From the human T2T-CHM13v2.0 reference genome, Homo sapiens, in assembly GCF_009914755.1 (NCBI RefSeq), contig NC_060939.1: a stretch of DNA of 64,000 nucleotides; one strand, written 5' to 3'. The notes under the pieces are model-generated. The model was given only the letters and a program-made list of their open reading frames with translations, did not search any database and was not told where the DNA came from. This document shows positions 1 through 17,360 of the stretch, in pieces; the first letter of the stretch is position 1, and each line of letters opens with the position of its first letter. A program made the translations under genes and the position numbers.

Positions 1-90
1 AAGCCATATACCAGGCTAGTTTTTCTGGGAGGACTTTGTAAGCATTGGCTCTATAACGCATCAACCTTGATTCTTTAAAAGTGACTCGTC

Positions 91-400
91 GGCCAGCACA
101 TTGGTTCACACCTGTAATCCCAGCACTTTGGGAGGCCAAGGCGAGCAGATCACCTGAGGTGAGGAGTTCAAAACCAGCCTGGCCAACATGGCAAAACCTC
201 ATCTCTACTAAAAATACAAAAATTAGCCAGGTGTGATGGCGGGCACCTGTAATCCCAGCTACTCTGGAGGCTGAGGCATGAGAATTGCTTGAACCCGGGA
301 GGCAGAGGTACAGTGAATCAAGATCGTGACACTGCACTCCAGCCTGGGCAACAGAGAGATACTCCATCTCAAAAAAAAAAAAAAACAAAAAAAAAAAAAA
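91..400 (+). mobile_element. Alu (S-type), full length
   Basis: Dimeric Alu consensus, central A-rich linker, A tail. Confidence 0.95.
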
Positions 401-862
401 CAGTAACTTGTCATACCTGATTAAATAAACATTATTCTCAAATATAAAATTCTAGGCAAGGCCTTGGTTGAATAGTGATTTTTCTAGTTATGTCTTAGTA
501 CAAAGAGAGCAGCACTGAAACTACATAAATTACTATATTGCCATGAAAAGTAGAGACTCAATCAGAGTTTCTGAATTTGGGAGGTCCAGGGAGCACATTC
601 AAAGTATTACAAGTTTGATTTCTTTATTTTCTGGTAATTTTATGAATATTCAATTTATATAAACACTTATTTATCTCTACAAGCCAATCAGAACAGAATT
701 CCTTTATGATCTAATTTATTAATGCCATCTGGAGACAGGAAAACATTCTGCACTCACAATGGGAGATAAGGAACTTCCTGAATTACAGATACAAAGACAT
801 ACAGATAGAGTGTATATCCTCAATTCTACCATTTCAGCCGCAGATAGAGAATAAACACAAGT

Positions 863-1180
<318 letters not shown>

Positions 1181-1570
1181 ATAAACACAGAAACACAAAA
1201 AAGCTTACCAGTCCAGATATCAAAGAGTTGTTCTCCTTCCTTGTGAACAAGAAATTCCTAATTTGAGCTCAAAATAGACAGATGGACAAAAACTAACAAA
1301 CTGTATTCTCTATAAGACATTAGATCATTTCCAGAGATCACCAAATTCCCAATCATGGCAGCTGCCAACAGGGAATAACTTGCCATCCATAAATGAACTA
1401 AAAAGAAAAACAAATTAATAGAGAGTAAAATTAAAATTAGAAAAACAAGAAACTTTAAATTAACCTGTGGGGGCCAAGAAAAATCATGCCTGGGCTTGGC
1501 TTCCTGTGAGATACATCATTTCTGATTACTTCAGGTGACCGTTTTGCTCATCTCAGTGGGATCTCCAAAA

Positions 1571-2592
1571 TGTTAAAGGATGATTTTTTTTAAAAGTAAA
1601 GTTATGACTCTTATATAAATATAAAATGAACACATGTCAAAGATTTTATTAGCTTATTAATTAAGTGAGGGAGCTAGTAAGATGTTACAGTAAATTCAAA
1701 GGACAATCCAAATAGACACATTTATAAATCGAGAATATTTAAATAAATTTGCAAATGGATGCAAAACTGGCTTTTCAGGGAGTGGTCCTTCCATGTGTAA
1801 GAATTTAAATTTGCATGTGTATAAACAATAATTAGTGACATTCTTATCAGATTTCTACAAATGAACCTTAATCTTTACAGAATTATAAAATGGACAATTA
1901 AAAACAAAGATGCAGAGTGGCTCACACCTGGCACAGTGGCTCACACCTATAATCTCAGCACCTTGGGAGGCCAAGGCAGGAAGATTGCTTGAAACCGGGA
2001 GTTCAAGACTAGCCTGGACAATATAGCAAGACCTAGTCTCTACATTAAAAAAAAAAAAGCCAGACATGATGGTGCTATTCCAATAGTTTAAGCTACCAAG
2101 GATAAGGCAGGAGGATCACTTTAGCCCAGGTATTCAAGGGTGCAGTGAGCTATGATGGTGCCACTGCACTCCAACCTGATCAACAGAATGAGACCCTGTC
2201 TCTAAAAAAGCAAAACAAAACAAAGATGCATACAGAGTCCTGTAGGACTGTAGGTCAGATAATCTTCAGAGATTCCAGCATTTCAATGAAAAGATACTCA
2301 GTAATCTCTTCTGCTTGTTCGAAAATCTTAATTTTTTCCTTCCAATAGTAGATGGGCACACATATGTGTTTGTCTGAAATTAGGATAATTGCTTCAACCA
2401 GCACTAAAGCAAGGGTTGAAATCGTGCTTATAGTCTTCAGAATTCTCAGAAAATGAAACTGACTCTTGAAATGAAAAATATATTAAATTATAAGGAGACC
2501 TGTTTTTCACATCTGCAAAACAGAGTTCTTGGAAATGAAATTTGATATTTATAGGTGGAAAATATTTGTGAGGACAAAGAATTAGTCTTACA
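1571..2592 (-). mobile_element. ERV1-type LTR (MER76/MER90/MER110-like), split by an Alu
   Basis: Minus strand begins TGTAA and ends AACA, 3 nt before the PBS-like motif; subfamily uncertain. Confidence 0.55.
1916..2216 (+). mobile_element. Alu (J-type) inserted in the LTR
   Basis: TSD AAAACAAAGATGCA (1901-1914 and 2217-2230). Confidence 0.92.
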
Positions 2593-2679
2593 AGATTTTT
2601 AAAGTAGTTCAATCTAGTGTTATAAAAATTAAAACCTGAAGTACTAATTTCAAAAAGGTCCTAAAGTGTTATACTCTGG

Positions 2680-2950
2680 ATCAGTAATTCTTAAGTGTTA
2701 AGAGTACAAAAGATTAACCTGGAGTGCTTATTTAACATGTATGTTACTGGGCCCCAATTCTAGTGGTTCTCTAACTTCAGCGCACATGAATATCTCCTGG
2801 AGCCTTCAATAATGCAGATTCCCAGGCCCTGTCCTCAGAAGTTTGGACAGGTTGAGTTGGGGCCCAGGCATCTCCGCTTTTAATAACAAATTCTTCTCCT
2901 AAATGATTCTTCAGTAAGTAAACTGAAGATTTCTCTTTGAAATCAGTGTT
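2680..2950. mobile_element. MER5-like hAT DNA transposon remnants
   Basis: tagtggttctc...atgcagattcccaggccc...ggggcccaggcatct MER5A-like motifs, ending aaatcagtg. Confidence 0.6.
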
Positions 2951-3985
2951 TTACAAGTGAACTATTTTTCAGCTCTCCAACCCTTCAGTGATCATTCTAC
3001 TGAATTCCTATAACACTAGACTAACATTCTTAATAGTAATATAGTATAGAGGTCATAAGGTAAATAGAAATAGCATTGGTCCCTCTTAGAAGGGACCAAG
3101 TTGTGTGCCAAATTCTTCAACTTAGGCCAACTTGAATACACAGTTTGTATTCTAGGATTTTGTTGAGACCCAGAGCTCTTTACTTACTTTCTATTATGTA
3201 AAAGAGCAACAAGAAACTGAAGCCCTACCACAAATTTATTGCAAGTAGTCCCCAAGTTTTAGGTTTCTGGCTTCAACACAGTAGATCCACCTTAACAAAA
3301 GTTTTCCCTCTAACAGCAGGCTTGGGTCAATCATTCATTGACTTATTCATTTGTTTATTTATTTAATGATGTCTCTTATCCTTCAAAAGATTTGGCACCA
3401 GCCATGCTAACACAGTATGAATGCTAGGAATTGTAAATTAGTTACATTAATACTAACCATTTTGCCCAGTTGTATTAAAATAACCTATCTGAGCATTAAT
3501 GTTTCTGGTGATATGAGAAATGTCTAAAAATAACTCCTTATTTGATAAAGCATGACTGATTATACAACAGGGGCATGGTTTCAAGTACACAGATTTCCTT
3601 CTTTTGGAACAAAGGATCTCCTTAGTTATTAAGAATCTGTGCCTGATTTCTCTGAATTTTAAAAAGAGTAATAATATTACCAATGATTGAAAATATCATA
3701 AGTATAAAGAAGTTTTAGTTTGCCTTGAAATTATATTTCCACCTTAAAATGAAATTACTTTAGTGCAATTTTATTTCATATTACTGCCATTGGAAATGAC
3801 ATTTTTCCTTGGGTTAGAATATTACATTTAAATGAATGTGTACTGTAGCTATTTTTTTATGCAAAGGATTAAGGCACTAGATGTACCCTCACAAATAAGA
3901 TGATGAATGGAGTAAGTTACACTTGTGAAATTTATAGAGCTCAGACTTTGTGGAATTGCTTGGAATTAAACTCACATTTTATTAA

Positions 3986-4189
<204 letters not shown>

Positions 4190-4459
4190 TAGCCTTCTAG
4201 TAGCCAACTTTTGTCCTCAATAATAGGACAAGATGAAAGTTGTAATCATCCTGAGTTTCACTACATTCCCACAGTCAGCTATTTCTTCTATAATTCTATT
4301 TACAATATATTTCCATTTCACTTTGAGCACTATCAGTTTTCATTCTTCTGGCATACTTTTAACCTCCTTAACCAACTCTGTCTTTCATTTGTACATTTTT
4401 TGTGAAAAAAAAATGATGTGGATTTATCACTGGGAGTCAAAGAGGCAATACTACTACAT

Positions 4460-4735
4460 TCTTTAGTCTGTATGCAAACTCAAAAACAGATGCACAGTGA
4501 CCAATGACTGACAGACTTTGAATGGAATGACTTGAATGGTCACTGACCTTGATATGCATCTGTCACTTATGTAGTGATTTGTGGAATAGAGTTCTAGCAG
4601 CAAATTTATATTTTATGCAATTACAATTTTATGGTAACTGGAATTTGAACTATGTTGGGGTACTGATGTTATTTAACTAAACTGTAATACTAGAATTTGT
4701 ACATACTGGAACAGTCCAAAGTGAAGGCTATCTTT
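4460..4735. mobile_element. Tigger-family (Tigger13-like) DNA transposon fragment
   Basis: gcacagtgaccaatgactgacagactttgaa...ggtaactggaatttgaac...gttatttaactaaac resembles a recalled Tigger consensus. Confidence 0.5.
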
Positions 4736-4869
4736 ACATTAAGTGTGAATGTTCTAAATACACCAATTAAAAGACAGAGATTGTCAGATTGGATAAATAA
4801 GCAAGACCCAACTGTATGTGGTCTCTAAGAATTGCAATTTAAATGTCAAGACAGATAGGTTAAAATAGG

Positions 4870-5950
<1,081 letters not shown>

Positions 5951-6273
5951 ACTAGACACAAATTAAATGTAAATTAAAAATTAATAAAAAGGAGAAAGAT
6001 GGAAAAAGATACCATACAAACAATAATGAAAAGAAAGCTGGAATGGTTCTATTACTATCAGATGAAGACACATTAACAGGAATAAAGAGGCACATTAATG
6101 ATAAAAGGATCAATCCAGCAAGAAGACATACATTCCTAAATGTGTATTTACTTAAAAACAGAAATATAAAATACATGAAGCAAAAATTAATAAAACAGAA
6201 ATAATAAATCCAGAATTATATCTCACAATAATCAATAGAACTAGTAACCCCCCCCCAAAAAAATACTATAGAA

Positions 6274-6610
6274 CAGTGGTCCCCAACCTTTTTGACACCA
6301 GGGACCAGTTTTCTGGGAAATAATTTTTCCACAGACAAGAGGTGGGGAGGAATAGTTTCAGGATGGAACTGTTCCACCTCAGATAATCAGGCATTCGATT
6401 CTCATAAGGAGCATGCAGCCTAGATCCCTCATATGTGCAGTTCACAATAGGGTTCTTGCTCCTATGAAAATCTAATGCTGCTGCTTATCTGACAGGAGGC
6501 ATGAACTCAGATGGTAATGCTTGCTCACCTGCCACTTGCCTCCTGTTGTGTAGCTCAGTTCCTAATGGGCCACAGTACCCAGTCTGTGGCTTGTGGGTTA
6601 GGGACCCCTG
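6274..6610. mobile_element. MER1B hAT-Charlie DNA transposon, complete
   Basis: TIRs CAGTGGTCCCCAACC / GGTTAGGGACCCCTG; 8-bp TSD CTATAGAA (6266-6273, 6611-6618). Confidence 0.9.
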
Positions 6611-7734
6611 CTATAGAAGACTATGATAGAACGGTATTATAGGCCATGTAGACCATTATAGAGCATTAAAACACAACAGAACATGCATTTACTTCAAATG
6701 CACATGGAACATTCACCAAAATAGACCATATTCTGGACCATAAAACAAATATTAACCAATTTAAAATAGTTAAAATCTTACACATTATGTTCTCTGACCT
6801 TAACAGAATTAAACTAAAAAGTAGAAAATCCCCCAAATGCAAAAACACACTTCTAAATAACCCGTGGATCAAAGAGGAAGTCACAAGGATATTAAAAAAA
6901 TATTTTGAATTAAATGGGAATGACTACACAACATATTGAAGTTTGTAAGATGCAGCTAAAGTAGTGCTTAAGAAAAATTTTTAGCATTAAATACTTTTAT
7001 TAGAAAAGAAGAAATATCTCAGATTAATGATCTAAGCTCCCACTCTAAAAAACCAGAAAAAGAAAAGCAAATTATACCCAAGCAAGCAGCGGATGGAAAT
7101 AATAGAGACAAAAGTAGAAGTCAGTGAAATGGAAAATAGAAAAAAAAAAAAAGGGAATTCAGTGAAACCAAACTGTGTTTCATGGAACATTTTTATAAAA
7201 TTGGTAAGCCTCTAGGCAGACTAACCAAGATTAAAAGAGAGAAGGCACAAATGACCAGTATCAGGAACAAAAGAAGAGACATCATTACAGATCCTATAGA
7301 CATTTAAAAGATGATAAGAGAACATTATAAACAACTTTATGCCTATAATGTTGACAGTTTATATTGATGGACAAATTCTTTGAAAGACAGATACTACCTA
7401 AGCTCACTCCAGAAGAAATAGATAACCTGATTAGTCCTACATTTATTAAAGAAATTGACTTAGTACTTAAAAACATTGTAAGAAAAAAAATGATACCATA
7501 TGGCATCACTGGTGAATTCTACCAAACAATTAAGAAAGAAATATTATCAATGTTGCAGAAATTCTTCCTGAAAAATAGAATAGAAAGAAACACTTCCCAG
7601 ATAATTTTATGAAGCTATCATCACCCTGACACCACAACCAAAGACTTTAGAAAAAAACTACAGCCCAGTATTCTTTATGAAAATAGATACAAAAGTCCTT
7701 CACAAAATATAGCAAATTGAATCTAGTGCTCTGT

Positions 7735-7865
7735 CTATATATATATATAGATATATATTTATATATAGATATATAGATTTTTTATATATTTATATATCTA
7801 TATATTTATATATAGATATATATGTTTATATATATAGAGAGAGATTATGTATTTTATATATATTA
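7735..7865. repeat. Interrupted (TA)n microsatellite
   Basis: Read directly from the sequence. Confidence 0.95.
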
Positions 7866-8290
7866 CATCATGACCATGTGGGGTTTATCCTAGGAATGCA
7901 AGGCTGTTTCAACATTTAAATATCAATCATTGTAAGTCACCATATGAATAGACTGAAGAAGAAAAACTATATAACCATCTCAATTTAAAAAAAATCAACA
8001 TCCATTTGTATCAAAAGCTCTAAGAAAATTAAGAATCAAGGGAACTTCCTCAAACGGATAAAAGATGTCTACAACTAATATCACAATAGTGTTTGAATGA
8101 ATGCTTTTCACCTAAGATCAGGAACAAGACATGGTTGTGCACTCTCACCACTTCTATTCAACATTGTACTGAAGTTCCTAGCCAATGCAGTGAGGTAAGA
8201 AAAAGAAACAAAAGACATGCAGATTGGAAAGGAAGAAATAAAACTCTCTTTGCAAACAGCACAATTACTGCATAGAAATTCGCAAGCCAT

Positions 8291-8324
<34 letters not shown>

Positions 8325-8326
8325 CA
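8291..8326. repeat. (CA)n microsatellite
   Basis: Read directly from the sequence. Confidence 0.95.
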
Positions 8327-9224
8327 AAAGCTACTAGAACTAACAAGGAAGTTCAGCAAGGTTTGAGGACACAAGATTAACATACAAAAATAAATTGAAT
8401 TTCAATTTGTTAGAAATGAACAATTGGAAATCGAATATTAAAAAAATACCATTAACATAACAACAAATATTAAATACTTAGGTATAAAGCTAACAAATAT
8501 TTGCAAACCTATGGATGCTGGATGCTATAAAACACTAATGAAAAAATTAAAAGAAGACCTAAGTAAATTAGAAAGATTAGCCATGTTCATAGATTAGAAG
8601 ACTAAATATTTTTGTAATTAATTTTCCCCAAATTGATCTATAAATTCAATGCAGTCCCAATCAGGATCTCAGTAAGATTTTTTGTAGAGATTGAAAAGCT
8701 GATTCTAAAGTTTGTGGAAAGGGCAAGGAGCTACAATAGCTAGTACAATTGTGAAAAAGGAAAACAGCATTGGAGGACTCTTGTTATCTGAGTTAATATA
8801 AAGCTACAGTAATCAGGACCGTGTGGTATTGGCAAAAGGATAAACACAGAGATCAATGGAACAGAATAAAGAGTACAGAAATAGAACCACACATACTTGG
8901 TCAATTCATTTTTGACAAAGATGCAAAGGCAATTCAATGGAGACGGCATAATTTTTTCAACAAATTGTGCTGGAAGAACTGGACATGTATATAAAAGGGA
9001 AAAAAAGAACCTTAACCCATTCCTTGCACCATGTACAAAAATTAACCCAAAATGGTTTATAAAATTAAATATACAGCCTAAGCTATAAAACTTTTGGAAG
9101 AAAACAAAGGGGAAAATTTTTTGTGTTCTTGAGTTAGGCAAAGGTTTCTTACATACCACACCAAAGGCAAAATCCATAAAATGAAAAACTGGATACATTG
9201 GACTTCATCAAAATTAAACATTTA

Positions 9225-9590
<366 letters not shown>

Positions 9591-10308
9591 TTAATATTTT
9601 AAAACAATAACTGATCATGTATTTTTATCCAGAACATATAAAGACTCTTAAAACTCAGTGATAAGAAACAAACAACCCAATAACATAACAGACAAAAGAC
9701 ATGAGCAGACACTTTACCAAAGGAGATATATGGATAGTAAATAGATACATGAAAGCATGCTTAACATCATTAGTCATTAGAGAAATGCAAATTAAAACCA
9801 CAGTGGGATACCACTACATGAGGATATGGAACAATTGCAACTCTCATTCCTTGTTGGTAGGGATGCAAAATGGTACAAACACTTTGGAAAACAGTTTGGC
9901 AGTTATTTATAAAGTTAAACATGCATTTACTGTATGACCCAACAATCTCACTCCTAGTTATCTATTTACCCAAGATAAATGAAAACATATTTACACAAAA
10001 ACCTGTATATGAAGGTTTGTAATATATGAATGTTGCTTTATTCATAATCACCAAAAACTGGAAACCACTCAGATGTCTCAGCTGATGAATTGAGGTACAT
10101 CCATACAATGGAGTACAGCTTGCTCTAAAAAGGAACTAATTGCTGATACATGCACAATACAGATGAATCCCAAATGCATTATGCGAAGTGAAAGAAGCCA
10201 AACTCAACAGGCTACACACCATATGATTCTATTTACATGACATTTTTAGAAAATGAAACAATGAAGACAGAAAACAGATCAAGAGTTGCCTGGGGATGGG
10301 GAGAGTAG

Positions 10309-10665
<357 letters not shown>

Positions 10666-10959
10666 GGAATTATTTTATATCTTGATTGTGGTGATGGTTA
10701 TATGACTTACACATTTGCCAAAACTTATAAAAGTATACACTAAAAAAGGGTGAATTTTACTGTATGTAAGTAGTAACTCAGTAAGTCTGACTTTTAGAAA
10801 GAATAATGGGGGAGGGACACCTGCTTGACATGAAAGGAAAGCATAGGGAGCTGTACGCAAAGCTGGAGAAGTGGAATTCTAAGGAGATGGCCTGTATGCA
10901 TCAAACTAGAGATGCCAGGGCCCTCCCTGAAATACTGAATTAGAGTCTTGAAGTAGATA

Positions 10960-12810
10960 TGCTGCACATCACTGAATTCATTTCTTTTGGCTGCTGTAGA
11001 ATATTCCATTTTGTTTGTTTGTTTATTTTACTTTAAGTTCTGAGATACATGTGCTGAACGTGCAGGTTTGTTACATAGGTATTTATGTGCCATGGTGGTT
11101 TGCTGCACCTATCAACCCATCATTTAGGTTTTAAGATCTGCACGCATTAGGTATTTGTCCTAATGCTCTCCCTCCTGCTTCCCCCCACCCCCCAACAGTC
11201 CCTGGTGTGTAATGTTCCCCTCCCTAAGTCTGTGTGTTCTCATTGTTCAGCTCCCATTTATGAGTGAGAACATACAGTGTTTGGTTTTCTGTTCCTGTGT
11301 TAGTTTGCTGAAGGTGATGGTTTGAATAGACCATAGTTAATTTATCCAGTCTTCTGTTGATGGACTTTTGGGTTGATTTCATCCTTTGGTATTGTGAACA
11401 GTGCTGCCGTGCATTCCTTCACGTTTCCTACTGAGTATGCACAAGCGTTTTTCTTGGTCAATATGAGTGGAAATGTTGGTCATGGGGTAGGCGAACATTC
11501 AACTTTAGAAAGTAATGCCAAACTGTCTTTTAAAGTCATTGCATCAATTTACATTTCTACCTTCAGTGTGTAAGATACTCTGTGGATTCACATCCTTGCC
11601 AACTCTTACTATAGTTATTATATTTTACTAGTAAATGGGAACTTTTATCATTGCACACTGTCCTTCATTATCTCTATAATTGCTTTTTAGCATAAATAGC
11701 ATTTTGTCTGTTAATATAGCCACATCAGCTTCCTTTTGGTTATTGTTTGCCTGGCATATCTTTTCTCATTTTTTTACTTTTAATCTTTCTGTAGCAATAT
11801 GTTTTAAGTCTGTCTTTTATAAATAGTATATAGCTGAATTTAAAAAAAAATCATTCTGACCATCGTTATCCATTTAGCATTTACTGTATTTACAGTTATT
11901 CTAATTACTAATATATTTTGATAATATTTCTTCCATCTAGACTGTTTCTGTTTGTGCCTTGCCCTGTTTTGTTGCTATTTCATTTTCTTTCCTTTATTGT
12001 CTTCTTTTGAATAGATTATTTTTCCTCATTATACTTTTATTCCTCTATTATTTTGGAATTGATACATTCCTTTTATATTCTTATTGTGATTAGCTTCTTA
12101 TTTTCACATGCATATATTACTTATCAAAGTCTAAAGTTAATAAATATCTGTACTTTTCCCTTTAACAGTATAAAAACCTCAGAACATTTTAACTCCATCT
12201 CCCTCCTGATGTAACATCTATTTTTCTTATGTATTTTAGTTGTATCTTTTTAAAAAAACCCACAAGACATTATTGTTAATGTTTTTTATGTAATCAGAAT
12301 TTGTTATATTAGCCAACAGATTTGTCACTGTCTTTGCTCTTCATTCCTTGTTGCATCTCTGACTTTCAATACTGCATTCACTTCCATCTCCCTAAATTAT
12401 ATTCTTTCAATTTCCACTAGTACAAGCCTGTTTCTGCTGGTGGTAAACTCTTTCAACTTTTATTTGCCTCAAAATGTGTTTATGTCCTGACTTTTGAAAG
12501 TTATCTTGTCAGCACATTCAATATATTATTTCATTGTTTTCTAGCAATTATATCTGCTATTGAGGAGCCTGTGGACTATTGAGGAGTCAGTGGTAGATAG
12601 TGGCTAAAATTGTGGATGAAAACAATTTGTCTTTTGTTTCCTCTCTAGTTGAAATAAGTTCTTTTTGTCTTTTGTGTTCTACAGGTTCATTGTGATGCAT
12701 CTAGGCATATAGGTCTTTTTATTTATCCTGCTTTGTATTTATTGGGATTCTTGAATCTGTAGACCAATGTCTTTCATCACTTCTGAGCAACCTCATCCAT
12801 TGTTTATATG
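10960..12810 (-). mobile_element. Old L1M/L1ME fragments
   Basis: T-rich; gctgtagaatattccatt, ttgatggacttttgggttg, cagcttccttttggttattgtttgcctggcatatc L1 motifs. Confidence 0.7.
11010..11325 (-). mobile_element. L1PA 3' end fragment
   Basis: ctttaagttctgagatacatgtgc...gcaggtttgttacataggt is the L1PA 3' terminus; inserted into an older minus-strand L1. Confidence 0.9.
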
Positions 12811-12830
12811 CATTTAGTAGAAAACAGGAA

Positions 12831-13110
12831 CATTCCAGTACTTTGGGAGGCTAAGGTGGGTGGATCACGAGGTCAAGTGTTCAAGACCAGCCTGACTAAA
12901 ATGGTGAAACCCCATCTTTACTAAAAACACAAAAATTAGCCAGGCGTGGTGGTGCGCACCTGTAATCTCAGCTACTCAGGAGGCTGAGGCAGGAGAATTG
13001 CTTGAACCCAGGAGGCAGAGGTTTCAGTGAGCCAAGATTGCTCCACTGCAATCCAGCCTGAGTGACAGAGCGAGACTCAGTCTCAAAAAAAAAAATAAAG
13101 AAAAAAGAAA
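12831..13110 (+). mobile_element. Alu (S-type), slightly 5'-truncated
   Basis: Alu consensus starting at ccagtactttgggagg. Confidence 0.93.
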
Positions 13111-13249
13111 ACAAGAACAATTGATAATAAGTGACGTAAGCCTAATTAAACACAAGAAGACAGAAAAAGAAAAGCAGTAAACTGGGAAAAAAAATGAAAG
13201 GAAATAATGAAAATAAAAGCAGACATTAAGAAAGTAAAAACAAAAATGA

Positions 13250-14560
<1,311 letters not shown>

Positions 14561-14599
14561 GAAGGAAGAGAAGAGGGAAGGAGGGAGAGACGGGAACAG

Positions 14600-14990
14600 G
14601 TAGTACCACTCAGGAATGCATGTGACTATAAATATCAGAAAAATACCAGTGGCCTAAACAATGAAGAATTTGTCTCGTACACAAGAAATTGGGAAGTGAG
14701 GAGCCTAGGGATGGTGGCATTGATCAGCAGGTTGTCATGGTGTTCTTTCTACTTTACCCTCTTTGGTATGTTTGATTTAATCTTCATGCTTGCCACCTCT
14801 TGGTCATAAGATGGCTTCTGCAGCCCTGGGCCTTACATACACATTCCAGGCCAGATGAAGGGGAAAATAGTGGTGTCAGTCTCTTCCCAGAAGCCTTGGG
14901 GTGGACTTTCCCTTACATCTCACTGCTCACTGCTAGCTATGAGAAAGGCTGGGAAAGTGGATGTCCAGGGATAGGGTTAGAGCTAACATT
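14600..14990. mobile_element. MaLR (MLT1-like) LTR fragment
   Basis: cagtggcctaaacaa...gtcataagatggcttctgcagc...tttccttacatctcactg...gaaaggctgggaaagtgg. Confidence 0.55.
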
Positions 14991-15243
14991 AGGATTATAG
15001 ACATACTTATACTAAATAAATTCTTAGAATGATGTTATGCTTATTCTAATCCATTCATGGAAATTCTGTTATTCTTTGTTGGATAAGTATATTTAATATT
15101 TGAGACATACTAAAAACTTATTTATTGTTTATCTTAAGTTAAAATTTAACTGCATGTTCTTAAAAAAATTTTTTTTCTAATTTGCTAGGAGTTGGGCATA
15201 TTGTCACTCTGAAAAAACTGGGGCTCTAAAATTAGTAATAACT

Positions 15244-15623
<380 letters not shown>

Positions 15624-16989
15624 TTACCAAACAGATTTTTCCAGCAGGGAAATTGAGTAGCAAAATAGGCAGTGCATTAGGATACGGTTTTGTAAAAATG
15701 CAGACACATTCCTCAAATGCATGTGTCTCATAAAATCCAAGGCCACATGAAATAATAATTTAGTGATAGCATTTCTGCAGACAGCTAAGAAAATTCTTAT
15801 TGATATCATTAACTGTGGATTAGCCATGTGAAATTACTTATCCTTGAGATCTTTGTCCTACCAAATTGTATTACAATTTTACTAAAATCCTTTAAAAGTT
15901 ATGCCCACTTGAAAATTTCTCAGCTGCTATTTTGTTTGAACATGGGAATTTAGCCATAAATCTCACTTTTCTGCAAGAACCTGAAAGTTAAACAAAAATT
16001 GTACTGAGTCTGCAGACAATAGGAATAACAAATTTTACTGGTGAATCTGTGGATTCAAAGCAGGCTGAACACAGAATGTGGACTTACCTTCAGAAGTGGG
16101 AGAGCAAACTCCAAAGTGGACACCAGGGAAGGAGAGCATAGAACTGAAGGCAAAAACTATACCCTTAAAATGGGGTCTTCATACACTACTGGCCAGGGGA
16201 TAGTGAGGACTACAAGTCACAGGGAAGCTTGCCGGAAGCCAGGGAAACCAGAGGGGTGTAAAAATGGGTTGATCAAATGCAACAAAGAAATCCCTTTTGT
16301 GAAGGTGAGTTTCACTGAAAAGGCTCTGCTATTTTTCCTACTCTTTAAAAAAGAGCTGAAGATATTCCTTGCAGCTCAGTTGAGGCAATCTAAGAGAACC
16401 AAGTCCTCAAAGTGAGATTCTAAATTATATATTGATATCCTTTACTAGCATGCTGTTTTTGATCAATATCTGTCAATTCCTTCTAAGATTGTTGTTATAG
16501 AAAACTAACAGAAAAGGGGGTTGAGCTGAAGGAATTGAGCTGAAAGAAGCCTCACTTCTTTTATTCAATTAACCATTTAAATAAATTTTTTGTTCTCTTT
16601 CTTGGGCTGAGTAGTATAAGGATTTTTCTCCCCTGAGAATGTCAGACTTGGGCTTTTGGTAAAGGGCAGTCAGGTTTGCTGCTAGGCAGTAGGAGAGATG
16701 TGATTGAGAGCATTATCTAGCATGTGGGCCCATTCTTCCTCGACCATGGGCTAGGTGTGTTCTCTAAAAGTTGTTGCTTATAGACTTAACTAATTTCAAA
16801 AATAATCTTTATGGTGCTTTTCACTTGTGTCACTTCCCTCAGTCATTTAAATTTTTTAGAATCTTTTTTTTTACACAATAGAATAGTCCATATGTAGCTA
16901 TGTTAAATCACATTTTACATGAACCTGGGAATCTGGCTATTTAAAGAAATCTTCTAACAAAGCATTTTATAAGACAGATATTACTCTCT

Positions 16990-17036
16990 AATTTGCCTGC
17001 TTTTAAAATGTGCCTGCTTTTAAAATTTGCCTTTTT
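16990..17036. repeat. 17-bp tandem repeat, about 2.7 copies (AATTTGCCTGCTTTTAA)
   Basis: Read directly from the sequence. Confidence 0.8.
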
Positions 17037-17283
17037 ATCTAGGCAGTTTGCATAAGGCGGGCTGACTTTGTATTCTAATAGAACTGTTGCCCTCTCATGC
17101 TCTTGGCTTCCTTTTGAAGTCAGTGATCATAGCTGTTTCATTGAATGAATACAGAAAGAAAGGTAGTGAGCGCACAGTGGGTGACAGAGCCATTTGACTT
17201 TCAAGGTGCAAACCCAATAGCATCCAACCAGTGACTCAGCCTCTTCTTCTGGAAAAGGTAACATGTACTATCTTCATCCACAG

Positions 17284-17360
17284 CCACTTTCACTATACCT
17301 CGGGAACCACCTCCATCTCCAGCAGAAGTGAAGTTCTTTCCCAAGAAACAAAGATCAAAG
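17284..17360 (+). CDS. IQCH: IQCH coding exon (about exon 7), 77 nt, phase 1-0: (A)[25 protein letters not shown]
   Basis: Acceptor tcttcatccacAG, donor AAG|GTATTT; phase matches both neighbouring exons. Confidence 0.9.

Noticed and set aside
16041-16415. 124-aa + strand ORF in intron 6
   Set aside because: GTG start, no recognisable domain, no convincing splice sites, not needed for IQCH frame continuity.
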